Of a DNA stretch of 64,000 nt, positions 1 through 9,700 are shown one piece after another. Source of the stretch: Alphaproteobacteria bacterium. Its GTDB lineage: Bacteria > Pseudomonadota > Alphaproteobacteria > RF32 > CAG-239. The translations under genes and the position numbers were made by a program. How positions within the stretch are numbered: position 1 is the stretch's first letter; every line of letters begins with the position of its first letter. The notes beneath the pieces are model-generated. The model ran no database searches. It was given only the letters and a program-made list of their open reading frames with translations, and had not been told where the DNA came from. The stretch spans positions 32,713 to 96,712 of the forward strand of contig JAEEMQ010000009.1 in NCBI GenBank assembly GCA_016283295.1, given 5' to 3'.

Positions 1-38
1 GACTGCCTCAAGCGGATTTTTATTTGTCTCGGAAAGCG

Positions 39-1970
39 CTATTCAAAGCGATGCGGCATTTCCGATTCTTTTTGCATTTGCTTAATGAACGCGTCGAGCG
101 ACATGGTTTCCTGCTTTTCGCTGCCCAAACGGCGAATCGTTACGCTGCGGCTTTCCTTTTCTTTGGCACCGACAACCACAATTACCGGAACTTTGGTAAG
201 CGAATGTTCGCGCACTTTGTAATTGATTTTTTCGTTGCGCAAATCAGCCTCGGCCTTGATACCGACTTTATCGAGCTCGGCCACGATTTCTTCGGCATAG
301 CCGTCAAATTCGCTGACAATCGGCGCTACCACTACCGGCAACGGCGACAGCCACAGCGGCAACTTGCCGGCATGGTGTTCAATCAAAATACCCAAAAAGC
401 GCTCGATTGAGCCGAACAAAGCGCGGTGTAACATCACCGGACGATGCTTTTCGCCGTCTTCGCCGATATAAGAAATATCGAAACGCTCCGGCAGGTTCAT
501 ATCTACCTGAATGGTGCCGCATTGCCACTCACGACCGATGGCATCTTTCAAAATAAATTCGAGTTTCGGGCCGTAAAACGCGCCTTCGCCCGGATTGATT
601 TCGTAAGCATAACCGTGCTTTTCGAGAGCGTGCGCCAACGAATTTTCGCACAAATCCCAAATTTCGTCGCTGCCGATACGATAAATGCTGTCAGGACGGG
701 TAGAAAGATAAATCTTCACGCTGTCAAAGCCGAAATCTTTATAAATATCGAAAATCAGCTTCATGGTGTTGATACACTCATCTTCCATTTGCTCCGGCGT
801 GCAGTAAATATGCGCATCGTCTTGCGTAAATTCGCGTACGCGCATCAGACCCATCAGAGCGCCGGAAGCCTCATAGCGGTTAACCTTACCGAATTCGGCC
901 ATTCTGAGCGGCAAATCGCGGTACGATTTAACACCCTGCTTATAAACCAGCAGACCGCCCGGGCAGTTCATCGGCTTTACGCAGAACATTTTGTTGTCTT
1001 CGGTTTTGCCCGAATAGTTGTGCGCGCCGTATTTATCCCAGTGGCCGGAAGTTTCCCACAAAATGCGGTCCATAATGCGCGGAGTCTCGACTTCTTCGTA
1101 GCCGTTATGCTCTTGGCGGTTACGCATGTAGTCGATTAATTTGCGATAAACGCGGAAACCTTTGTCGTGCCAGAAAACGGCGCCCGGAGCATATTCCGGC
1201 TCAAAGTGGAACAAATCCATTTCTTTGCCGAGCTTGCGGTGGTCGCGTTTGGCAGCTTCTTCCATCATGGTGATGTAGGCATCCAAATCCTTTTTGTTGG
1301 CCCAAGCGGTAGCATATAAGCGCTGCAACATTTCGTTGTTGGCATCGCCGCGCCAATAAGCACCGGCAACCTTCATCAACTTGAAGGCATCGCCGATTTT
1401 GGCGGTTGACGGAACGTGCGGACCGCGGCACAAATCGGTATAATTGCCCTGGCGATAAAGGGTTATGACCTCATCTTCAGGTAAATCCTGAATAATTTCA
1501 ACTTTATAATGTTCGCCTTTATCCTTAAAGAACTTAATCGCCTCGTTGCGCGGCATTACGATACGCTCGATTTTCTCGTCACGCTTAACGATTTCGTGCA
1601 TTTTGGCTTCGATTTTTGCAAAGTCATCGGTGGTAAACGGTTCTTTGCGGGCAAAGTCGTAATAAAATCCGTTTTCGATGGCCGGGCCGATGGTAACCTG
1701 CGTATCCGGCCAGATTTCCTGTACGGCTTCTGCCATAACGTGAGCGCAAGAGTGTCTTAAAATGTGTAAACCGTCCTTATCTTTGGCGGTGATAATAGTG
1801 AGTGTAGAATCGGTAGTTATCGGAGTAGTGAGATCTTGTAATTTGTCGTTAACGCTGACCGCGAGTGCGGCTTTGGCCAAACCTGAGCTGATTTTTTGCG
1901 CTATTTCCAAGCCGGAAATACCGTCTTTTTCTTCTAAAATACTGCCATCCGGCAACTTGATTTTTATCAT
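39..1970 (-). CDS. thrS: threonine--tRNA ligase
   Basis: 643-aa ORF with N-terminal TGS-like MIKIKLPDGS start, class II aaRS core motifs and a C-terminal anticodon-binding region; full-length match to the ThrRS family by eye. Confidence 0.95.
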   Translation of the reverse strand: MIKIKLPDGSILEEKDGISGLEIAQKISSGLAKAALAVSVNDKLQDLTTPITTDSTLTIITAKDKDGLHILRHSCAHVMAEAVQEIWPDTQVTIGPAIENGFYYDFARKEPFTTDDFAKIEAKMHEIVKRDEKIERIVMPRNEAIKFFKDKGEHYKVEIIQDLPEDEVITLYRQGNYTDLCRGPHVPSTAKIGDAFKLMKVAGAYWRGDANNEMLQRLYATAWANKKDLDAYITMMEEAAKRDHRKLGKEMDLFHFEPEYAPGAVFWHDKGFRVYRKLIDYMRNRQEHNGYEEVETPRIMDRILWETSGHWDKYGAHNYSGKTEDNKMFCVKPMNCPGGLLVYKQGVKSYRDLPLRMAEFGKVNRYEASGALMGLMRVREFTQDDAHIYCTPEQMEDECINTMKLIFDIYKDFGFDSVKIYLSTRPDSIYRIGSDEIWDLCENSLAHALEKHGYAYEINPGEGAFYGPKLEFILKDAIGREWQCGTIQVDMNLPERFDISYIGEDGEKHRPVMLHRALFGSIERFLGILIEHHAGKLPLWLSPLPVVVAPIVSEFDGYAEEIVAELDKVGIKAEADLRNEKINYKVREHSLTKVPVIVVVGAKEKESRSVTIRRLGSEKQETMSLDAFIKQMQKESEMPHRFE

Positions 1971-2001
1971 TTTTTTCCTACCTTTTCACTATTAAAAAAT
2001 T

Positions 2002-3156
2002 CTACTTTTGATTCATGAGTTCTTCATAAACCTTGATTGTTTTATCACACATAATTTGTTTTGTAAAATGTTCTTTTATATTTTTTATTGCCGCCGCACC
2101 GATTTTTTCGCGCTCGGTGGTAGAAAGCGACAGGCCCCAGCTGATGGCAGAGGCCAAACTGTCGGCATCGCCGCTTGTAAATAATTTGCCGGTAACGCCG
2201 TCAATTACGGTTTCTTTGGAGCCGCCGATATCGGAAGCGATAACAACCCGACCCATGGCTTGGCCTTCAATGGCTATACGGCCGAAGGCTTCCGGCTCGA
2301 TGGAGGTTGAAAGCACGATGTCCGACACCATCATCGCCGCCGGAACGTCGGAAACATGGCGGATAAATCCGAATCGGTCGGCCATATCGTATTTTGCAAT
2401 CATCTCGTGCAATTCGTCGGTATATTTGGTGCGTCCCTGGTCATCGCCGATCAAAAGGCAGAAGAAGTCTTCATCCTTGATTTTGCTTAAGGCTTCAATC
2501 AGGAGTTTTTGGCCTTTCCAGTTAGTCAGGCGTCCGATGAGAGTAATCAGCGGTTTGTCGGAAGGAATCTGGTTTTCTTCCATAAACTTAATCATGCGCT
2601 CGGCGGTGGTGTTCTCCACGTCAAAGTTTTCCATATTGACGCAACGGGCAATCAGACGGATTTTACTTTCGTCGGTGCCGTAATTTTTGATGATATGCTC
2701 TTTGATGTGGTTAGAAATGGCAATAACGCGCTCGCCGTAGGTCATAATGCGGTTATAGAATTTTTTGATGCCGCGCGGCCCCAAACCGTAGGTGCCGTGG
2801 AAGGTGGTCACAAAGTGCACACCGCAGTTTTTAGCCGCCCAATAGGCGCTCCACGCCGGTGCACGCGAACGGGCGTGGACAATGGTTACGCCGTTTTCTT
2901 TAATGATTTTTTCGAGCTTTTTGGTGTTGAGCCACATTTTGAAAATATTTTTGGTTTTGAGCGGCAGGGTAAAATGTTTAACCTTCAGACGCTCCAACTG
3001 CGGCAACATCCGTCCGCCCGCCGACGCTACAAAGTTGGTAATGCCGCGTTTTTGCAGCTCGGAGGCGATTTCGATGGTGCCGAGTTCAACTCCGCCCTGA
3101 TTAAGCTCGGGCAAAACTTGTAAGACTACCGGTTTGTTATTTTCTGTTTGTGCCAT
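2002..3156 (-). CDS. glycosyltransferase, GT-B fold (family 1/4-like)
   Basis: C-terminal EAFGRIAIEGQAMGRVVIASDIGGSKETVIDGVTG motif typical of GT1/GT4 enzymes. Start trimmed to MAQTENNK at 3156, which has an upstream GAGGG RBS; the ORF track begins at 3276. Confidence 0.8.
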   Translation of the reverse strand: MAQTENNKPVVLQVLPELNQGGVELGTIEIASELQKRGITNFVASAGGRMLPQLERLKVKHFTLPLKTKNIFKMWLNTKKLEKIIKENGVTIVHARSRAPAWSAYWAAKNCGVHFVTTFHGTYGLGPRGIKKFYNRIMTYGERVIAISNHIKEHIIKNYGTDESKIRLIARCVNMENFDVENTTAERMIKFMEENQIPSDKPLITLIGRLTNWKGQKLLIEALSKIKDEDFFCLLIGDDQGRTKYTDELHEMIAKYDMADRFGFIRHVSDVPAAMMVSDIVLSTSIEPEAFGRIAIEGQAMGRVVIASDIGGSKETVIDGVTGKLFTSGDADSLASAISWGLSLSTTEREKIGAAAIKNIKEHFTKQIMCDKTIKVYEELMNQK

Positions 3157-3253
3157 ATTTCCCTCTGTTACTGTTGCGAATCGGGGATATTTTAGCAATA
3201 CGATTGATTTTTTCAAAGAATTACGGCGGTTTATGCACATTATATGCAAAAGA

Positions 3254-3287
3254 AAAAGCGTCTGTGTGACGAGCACAGACGCTTTTC
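3254..3287. terminator. bidirectional rho-independent terminator hairpin
   Basis: aaaagcgtctgtg-tgacgag-cacagacgctttt with A-run and T-run flanks, immediately after the stop of the 3289..3642 gene. Confidence 0.5.
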
Positions 3288-3288
3288 C

Positions 3289-3642
3289 TTATTTTTCTTC
3301 TTCTTCATCATCTTTTTCATCTTTCTCCGGTGCCCAAAGTTGAGTAATCATGCTCTTGACTTCGGGGTAGGAGAGGACCATCCAGATTATGGCAATCATA
3401 CCGAAGACATAAATGCCCGCGGAAACTAATCCCAAAAGGATGGCATTCAGAAAACCGATGATGACTGCTACCGTAGCAATCCATTTGTTGTCTACTGCGG
3501 CGGTTACCACGGCACAGGCAACTGCAACCGTAGCAATGCACCAACCGGTATCTTCCTCGCCGAGGAAATCCCGCTTATCGGCAAATGCCAACAATAAAAA
3601 CAACAGTGCAAAGCACAGTACTAAAAAAATAGTTCTTTTCAT
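3289..3642 (-). CDS. small integral membrane protein (hypothetical)
   Basis: Start MKRTIFLVLCF chosen; several hydrophobic helices, internal IATVAV duplication, acidic C-terminal tail DEKDDEEEEK. Confidence 0.6.
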   Translation of the reverse strand: MKRTIFLVLCFALLFLLLAFADKRDFLGEEDTGWCIATVAVACAVVTAAVDNKWIATVAVIIGFLNAILLGLVSAGIYVFGMIAIIWMVLSYPEVKSMITQLWAPEKDEKDDEEEEK

Positions 3643-3770
3643 CTTTGTAATATATTTTGGTTCGACAATTTCGGAGTTTCTATGCACTTAATGTCGTCCC
3701 TTCAATAATGAAAAGATGAACGACATAATCTATATACTAATAACTTAAATGCACCTTCAGTATAGCTGTT

Positions 3771-3786
3771 TTGACAAAATTGTCAA
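3771..3786. promoter_or_regulatory. perfect palindrome TTGACAAAATTGTCAA in a divergent promoter region
   Basis: 6-bp arms TTGACA/TGTCAA with a 4-bp spacer. The lower-strand arm is a -35 box 16 nt upstream of a TATACT -10 (3759-3764) for the minus-strand gene. The upper-strand arm may serve as the -35 for the lipoprotein gene. Confidence 0.4.
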
Positions 3787-3890
3787 GATAAAATTTTTAA
3801 ATTATACATACCTAAACGGATGTTTTTTCTGTTTACATTTAATTTTTTTTGCCGCATGATAGGGATATATATAAGAAAAGGAGTTTTGCC

Positions 3891-4268
3891 ATGAAAAAAA
3901 TATTTGCGATAATGATTTGTCTGGGATTGAGCGGATGCTATGTTCCGGCAGACTATTACTACGAAGATTCGTATGTGGTTTCCGACGGATATGCGCCGGC
4001 ATATTCCACAACTTATGTTTCGAGCGCTCCGACGGTGGTGTATGAGCAACCGGCGGTAATTTATTATGACAGCCCGATTTATCCGCGTTACCATTACTAT
4101 CATTCGCGGCCGCATCACTATAATCCGCCACACCATCATCATCCGGCACTGCACCACGGCGGCGGACATAAACCGCAACCGGCACCGCACCACGGCGGCG
4201 GAGGACATCATAGCGGCGGACATAGCGGCGGCGGGCATTCCGCACCTTCGCACGGGCATCATAAATAA
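3891..4268 (+). CDS. Tyr-rich / His-Gly-rich lipoprotein (putative metal-binding)
   Basis: AAGGAG RBS; MKKIFAIMICLGLSGC lipobox; Tyr-rich middle; C-terminal HHGGGHKPQPAPHHGGGGHHSGGHSGGGHSAPSHGHHK. Confidence 0.7.
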   Translation: MKKIFAIMICLGLSGCYVPADYYYEDSYVVSDGYAPAYSTTYVSSAPTVVYEQPAVIYYDSPIYPRYHYYHSRPHHYNPPHHHHPALHHGGGHKPQPAPHHGGGGHHSGGHSGGGHSAPSHGHHK

Positions 4269-4296
4269 AAAATAAGCACATTTGTCTAAAATAAGC

Positions 4297-4325
4297 TTGA
4301 CAAAAATAATAAAACAAGCTATGGT
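4297..4325 (+). promoter_or_regulatory. sigma70-like promoter (TTGACA-N17-TATGGT)
   Basis: TTGACA at 4297-4302, 17-nt AT-rich spacer, TATGGT at 4320-4325. Confidence 0.45.
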
Positions 4326-4504
4326 TATATCGTACCATATATTATTTATTTATTATGGAAAGAAAGTTAGGTTTTAACAATTGCACGATCGCGGCAAGCG
4401 AGAATGTGATTTCCTCTACAAAGGCTGCCAGGCGGCTTTTTGTGAAGGACGGATTTCGTGGCACAATTGAACTGTGCCGAGTAATAAACTCAGAAGGTAA
4501 GGAA

Positions 4505-5044
4505 ATGGCCTGCTGGGTGTGTAAGCACGGAGAACGTGTGGTGCGCATCATGCCGGTCATTCGCAAGGAGCCTCCTTTGCCGGTAGGTCAGCGTTACGGC
4601 ATTCAGAAAATGACCGGTAGCGAGCTGTTCGGCTATCAAGATACCTTTTTCAGAACGTTTATCAACGGCGTCGGAGAAATCGGTATCAGGGCGGTCCTTC
4701 TGTTCAACAACGAGGAGCTGGTCAGAGCTGCGTGCCAGGCCAAGGGATACAATGTGGTGACGGTAACTCCGGTTAAGGTGCTGGATGCCGAAACACGCGA
4801 GTATCTTTCCGCCGCTTGGTGCGTCCGTTGTATGGACTGCGACACCGACTTTGCCATCACGTTTATGGATCTGCGCGACGGTTTGAGGTTGGAGGGCTTT
4901 GATTTGCTGAACAGCGCCGTGTACCAGGATTTGAAGGTCGGCGAGAGTTTCAGGGCCTACAACAAGTATTACCAGGTCAAGCGAACGCATACCAACGAGT
5001 GGTATATGGACTTCAGTCCGCTGCAGATTGTAAAGCGTAATTAA
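4505..5044 (+). CDS. hypothetical protein (two distant CxxC pairs)
   Basis: Start MACWVCKHG at 4505 is preceded by AAGGAA at optimal spacing. The ORF track extends the frame to 4355, which has no RBS. No recognisable family; Lys AAG, Glu GAG and Arg AGG codons are frequent. Confidence 0.55.
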   Translation: MACWVCKHGERVVRIMPVIRKEPPLPVGQRYGIQKMTGSELFGYQDTFFRTFINGVGEIGIRAVLLFNNEELVRAACQAKGYNVVTVTPVKVLDAETREYLSAAWCVRCMDCDTDFAITFMDLRDGLRLEGFDLLNSAVYQDLKVGESFRAYNKYYQVKRTHTNEWYMDFSPLQIVKRN

Positions 5045-5050
5045 AAAGAA

Positions 5051-5076
5051 GAGGGGCATAATGCTCCTCTTTTTTT
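5051..5076 (+). terminator. rho-independent terminator
   Basis: gaggggc-ataat-gctcctc stem with one G.U pair, followed by T7. Confidence 0.55.
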
Positions 5077-5096
5077 GTGCAATTTAATGTTTTTTG

Positions 5097-5124
5097 TTGA
5101 CAAAATTTTAAATCGGCATATACT
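5097..5124 (+). promoter_or_regulatory. sigma70-like promoter (TTGACA-N16-TATACT)
   Basis: TTGACA at 5097-5102, TATACT at 5119-5124. Confidence 0.45.
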
Positions 5125-5159
5125 GGTCATAAACAAAAATTTTTTAGATATGTATATAT

Positions 5160-5921
5160 ATGACAATGGACTTGTTCAAGGCCTCAAGTCAGGCCGGTGC
5201 ACTTTGCATGATTTATTGCAAAGCTCAAGCCGATTTGTATCTCGAAGCGGATACTGCGGTTCTGGTTCGTTTGACAACAGCTCAAAATCAGGAACACATC
5301 GTGTGGATGGACCCTTCCGCGCTGCAATCGGGCGTGGTGTCAATCGTGCGGGCGTTCTATGAAGTTCAGAGTGATTTTGAAGATGATATCGGCGATATCA
5401 GGACAATAGAAGTGATTAAACCCGACAGCGATATTTTTTGCTATAACGGGGAAAGTTACTATCTGTACAAAGCAAAAACCGGAAATCATACCATCAGGCA
5501 GCTCAGGGCGTATGCCACACAGGCCGTGGTGGAAGAAGTTGAACGGCAATCAGGTTACGGAAAGGGGGTGGAGAGTGTTTTCCTATCCAATCTGTATTTG
5601 TTTGACGGTCAAAAACGTAACTACGCGTTGACGTGTTGGGGCGTGGTTTATGAGGGCGGTTGCAGTTATCTGCCGGTATTCTCCGAAGACCAGCATTATG
5701 TGGAAGAGTACGATTTGGGCGCGTTTATTCGCGAAGAAGTGCCGGTAGGCGGTATTTTCAAGAATAACGGCTACTACTACAAGCTGATGCAGGACGACAA
5801 CGGGAAGCTGTATTTGGATTATAACAAGATGGTGTTTACCTTAAATAAGGATTCACCGAGCAAAAAGAGCAAATTCGAATCGACAGCGAGTTCAGCAAAA
5901 ATCGTCAGTTTCAAAAAATGA
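5160..5921 (+). CDS. hypothetical protein
   Basis: 253-aa ORF with no recognisable motifs; AGG/AGA Arg and AAG Lys codons are frequent; 13 nt upstream of the next ORF. Confidence 0.6.
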   Translation: MTMDLFKASSQAGALCMIYCKAQADLYLEADTAVLVRLTTAQNQEHIVWMDPSALQSGVVSIVRAFYEVQSDFEDDIGDIRTIEVIKPDSDIFCYNGESYYLYKAKTGNHTIRQLRAYATQAVVEEVERQSGYGKGVESVFLSNLYLFDGQKRNYALTCWGVVYEGGCSYLPVFSEDQHYVEEYDLGAFIREEVPVGGIFKNNGYYYKLMQDDNGKLYLDYNKMVFTLNKDSPSKKSKFESTASSAKIVSFKK

Positions 5922-5934
5922 GATTTATTGTGCA

Positions 5935-6633
5935 ATGGAAAAATTTGAACAATGGCGTCAGGACGGGGTAACCGCCGAAGACGCAAAAAACTATGCCGCT
6001 TGGCTGGAAAAAAACGTGTTGCCGCTCAGAAAAGAAAATTGGGTGCCGACGCCGCTTCCGGTGGTATATATCGGAAAGCAGGGAGAATTCATCCGGTTAC
6101 CTTTCCTTGATTTGAACTTCAAGAGCAAGGTGTTCGGTGTGGCCGTAGACAGAGTATGCTATCGGAAAACCGTGTATCGGTATGTTCTGGAATACGGCTT
6201 TATCGGTGTGGTTTCTCATCTGAACGAGTTGCAGGCAGATTTGTATCCGCCAAAGAAAAACGTGCTCAGCAGAATATTCTCCGCAGAAAGTATTTATGCT
6301 CACGATTTCTTTGTGCCGACACTCGATTTGTTGCAGCGTGCGTACAGACAAAGAGAAGCTTTTGACGCCACGGTGCGGATCTTATGCGCCAACGGTGTTT
6401 CGGCCGATATGTGGAACGACGGCAAATTCATCTGCCAGGACGACGCCGATCCGAGCGAATTCCACCGAGTTGCGGATTTTGCCACCGGTGTAGTCAGCGA
6501 TTACGACAGCCGCTCCAAGGGCTCGTATTGGGCACGACCGGCAACGTATGTCAGTGATTATGACGTTCCGTATCCGGTTGAGGACGGTGATTTTAACTGG
6601 AAAATGTGGAAAGAGTGCGAAAGTGCCCTCTGA
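5935..6633 (+). CDS. hypothetical protein
   Basis: 232-aa ORF, probably co-transcribed with 5160..5921; AGA Arg codons; no recognisable domain. Confidence 0.6.
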   Translation: MEKFEQWRQDGVTAEDAKNYAAWLEKNVLPLRKENWVPTPLPVVYIGKQGEFIRLPFLDLNFKSKVFGVAVDRVCYRKTVYRYVLEYGFIGVVSHLNELQADLYPPKKNVLSRIFSAESIYAHDFFVPTLDLLQRAYRQREAFDATVRILCANGVSADMWNDGKFICQDDADPSEFHRVADFATGVVSDYDSRSKGSYWARPATYVSDYDVPYPVEDGDFNWKMWKECESAL

Positions 6634-6652
6634 AAACATCACAAATAAAAAA

Positions 6653-6685
6653 ATCTCTCTGCTTGGTTGCAGGGAGATTTTTTTG
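6653..6685. terminator. bidirectional terminator
   Basis: atctctctgc-ttggtt-gcagggagat 10-bp stem with an A-run before and a T-run after, between convergent genes ending at 6633 (+) and 6701 (-). Confidence 0.5.
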
Positions 6686-6700
6686 TTATTCGGATAAACA

Positions 6701-9700
6701 TCAGCGGGTGTTGGCTTTTTTCTGCGCCATCGCGACCTGAGCTTGTTGCTGAGCGGCATCGCCGCCGGTGTTCTGAGCCGCTTCCTTGCTCGGTGCCGGC
6801 GATTGTTGCTGAGTGCCGGCGTCGGTTGTTTGTCCGGCTCTGCCGGCATCGGAAGCCATTTTGGATTTCAAATCGTCTTTGCCGGCCTGTTGCGGAGTGC
6901 TGACATCGGTTGTTTGTCCGGCTCTCCCGGCATCGGAAGCCATTTTGGATTTCAAATCGTCTTTGCCGGCCTGTTGCTGATTATCTTGCGCGTTGCCGTC
7001 GGCATCCATACCGTCCATAATCTGACCGGCCCTTTGCGCATCCGTCGTCATTTGTGCTTTTATATCTTCTTTGCCGGCCTGTTGCTGATTATCTTGCGCG
7101 TTGCCGTCGGCATCCATAGCATCCATGATCTGCCCGGCTCTCTCGGCATCTGTTGTCATGGTGGCTTTGATATCTTCATTGCCGGCGTCGTCAATCGTTG
7201 CCGATGTTTCAGTGCCGGTCGCTACCTGTTCTTCCTCGGCAACAACATCGGTCGGATCGGCGGTTACGTCATCTCCTGTGCCTTCTCCTTCTTCGTCGCC
7301 CTTATCAGCGGCTTGCGGGTTAATATACGGATCGGCTATTCCTCTTAAATCAACGCCGGACATATCGGAAGCACGGGAAACCGCGTATTGATAGGCCTGA
7401 CTAATTTCATAATGCATGGTTTCTTCGGTCTGACCTTGTGTGGTATTCGTAACGGCCATACCGCCCTGCGGCAAATCATCCTCGAGGGATAAATTGGCAC
7501 TACCGCCAGCCGTATGATCGCCGTTGGTGGCGCTGTAGGCGGCGGTATAGGTTTGTCCTTCTTTTTTGATGGCGGTAGAGGAAGCTTTTCTTACCACGTT
7601 GCCTTCCGCATCGACGCGCGAACGGTTGGTGGTAAATGAGGTATTGGCGTCGCCTTCTTCCAAGTGCACCTGTAAATCGATGCCGCGACCGATATTGCCG
7701 GCGTCGTGCTGCAACGTAACGTTTCCGACCTGGCCGTTGAGCGCTATATCAACGGTGTTGCCGCCCTGTCTGGCACCGTCCACGACATTACCTGTTTTAT
7801 ACAAGACCTGGCGATTGTCTTCTTCGTTGGTGTAGCCGATGTCAACCGTTCTGGAGGATGCATCGTTGGTTCTGGCATAAGCAAAACTTGCGCCTTCCGC
7901 ACCGTTATAATCGGTGGTAACAGTGGTATTATTGTTGTGAGTTACCTCGCCGTCGGAATTGGTGGTTTGCGCAGATGAATTGAGGGCAAATTCGCTGTCT
8001 TCGCCGTCAAGAGTACCGGAAACGTTGAAACGGCGATCTCGGCTTCCCTCCGAGGTGGTAACGTTGGATTGGGCATTTACTGCGCCGCCGTTTTCACCGA
8101 TATTGAGTGCGGCGCCGTAGCTGTAATCGTGTTGGTCTTCTTCGCCTTCGGTGTTGGTTTTAAGGCTCTTTTTGCCGACACTGAAAGCATTGTTTTCGCC
8201 GTCGACGTTGCCGGAAGCGGTAAAGCTGAAGTCGGTGGCGCCGGTGCCGGTGTTTACGGTAGCGGCATCAACTTTGACGGTGCCGCCGTTGTCGCCGAGG
8301 TCGAGTGCGGCGCCGTAGCTGTAATTGTGTTGGTCTTCTTCGCCGTCGGCGTTGGTTCTGAGATTCTTTTTGCCGACACTGAAAGCATTGTTTTCGCCGT
8401 CGACATTGCCGGAAGCGGTAAAGCTGAAATCGGTGGTGCCGGTGCCGGTGTTTACGGTAGCGGCATCAACTTTTACGGTGCCGCCGTTATCGCCGAGGTT
8501 GAGTGCGGCGCCGTAGCTGTAATCATGTTGTTCGCTTTCGCCGTCGGTGTTGGTTTTGAGGTTTTTCTTTTGAATACCTACCGAATTGTTTTGGCCGTCA
8601 ATATTGCCGGAGGCGGTAAAGCTGCGGGTGGTGTTTCCCGTTTCCGAGTTTGCGGTGGAGGAACCGGCCGTGAAATCGCCGCCGTTTTCGCCGAGGTTGA
8701 GTGCCGCGCCGTAGGTGTGATCGTTTTGTCTGATAACGTTGCCGGCGGCGTCGGTTTGGATGAATTGCTGTTCGGCGCCGATGTGGCTGGCTTCGTTGTC
8801 CAAATCGCCGGATACCTGTACGCGGCGCGTGGTACGGACGTTGCCGTTGTTGGTAATTGCCGTGGCTCCTAAAGTGAGGCCTTCTTCGTCGGTGTTGGTA
8901 TATCCTATGTCGTATGAGCGGTCATTTTGTTTGACGATACCGCCTTCTTCGTTGGTTTGCTGATAGGTAGAGGCTACGCCCAGGCCTTTTTTCTCAACGG
9001 TATTGTCGCCTGAGACGCTGAAACTGCGCGAGGTGGTGTGGTCGGCTCTGGCTACGGTGGCGGCGGCGCTGGCGGAAGCACTGCCGTTACCGACGTTGTA
9101 TTCTACGCCGTAAGAGCGATTGTTGCGCTTTGTAACTTTGCCGGCGGTGGTTTTTTCAAAGGTTGTGCTCAAACCGAACTTGCCGCTGCTTACCCGGTGG
9201 CCTTTCGGGGCATCGGCATCGTCGTTGCCCGACGAGGTGCTGCCGGAGCCGTAATCGTAACTGCCGCCGGAATAGGTGTAATCGTCATCGCCGCCGATGT
9301 CATAATCGTCGTCATCGCCGCCAGAAGATAAATCGTTATCGCCGCCGCTTACGGTATATTCGTCATCGTCGTCGCCTGCTTCATATTCGTCATCATCGCC
9401 GCTGATGCCGCGGGTGCCCGCAACACTTTCGCTTGCAACTGCAGCATCGTCGTAGCTGTCTTCGTCTGCCTGAACGGAATTGCCGCCGGTATCCGTATCG
9501 TCATCATCGTCGTCATAATCGTCGTCATCGTCGTAATCGTAGTCGTAGTTGTCGCCGGAGTAGCTCGAACTATATGAATAGTCTTCGTCGTCCGTGTTTT
9601 CGCCGCCCACGCGGGTGCTGGCGGTTTGCATTTGCAGCCCGAGGCCGTAGGTTGTGCTGTTGTCGCCGTTGACGGATTGCGACTTGAGGCCTAAAGCGAT

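Noticed and set aside
24-1139. ORFs 24..410 and 444..1139 on the plus strand
   Set aside because: They lie wholly inside, and antisense to, thrS, which is a full-length and highly conserved gene.
4355-4504. Longer N-terminal extension (start at 4355) for the first cassette gene
   Set aside because: The upstream ATG at 4355 has no RBS. The internal ATG at 4505 has AAGGAA at ideal spacing. The extension is kept only as an alternative.
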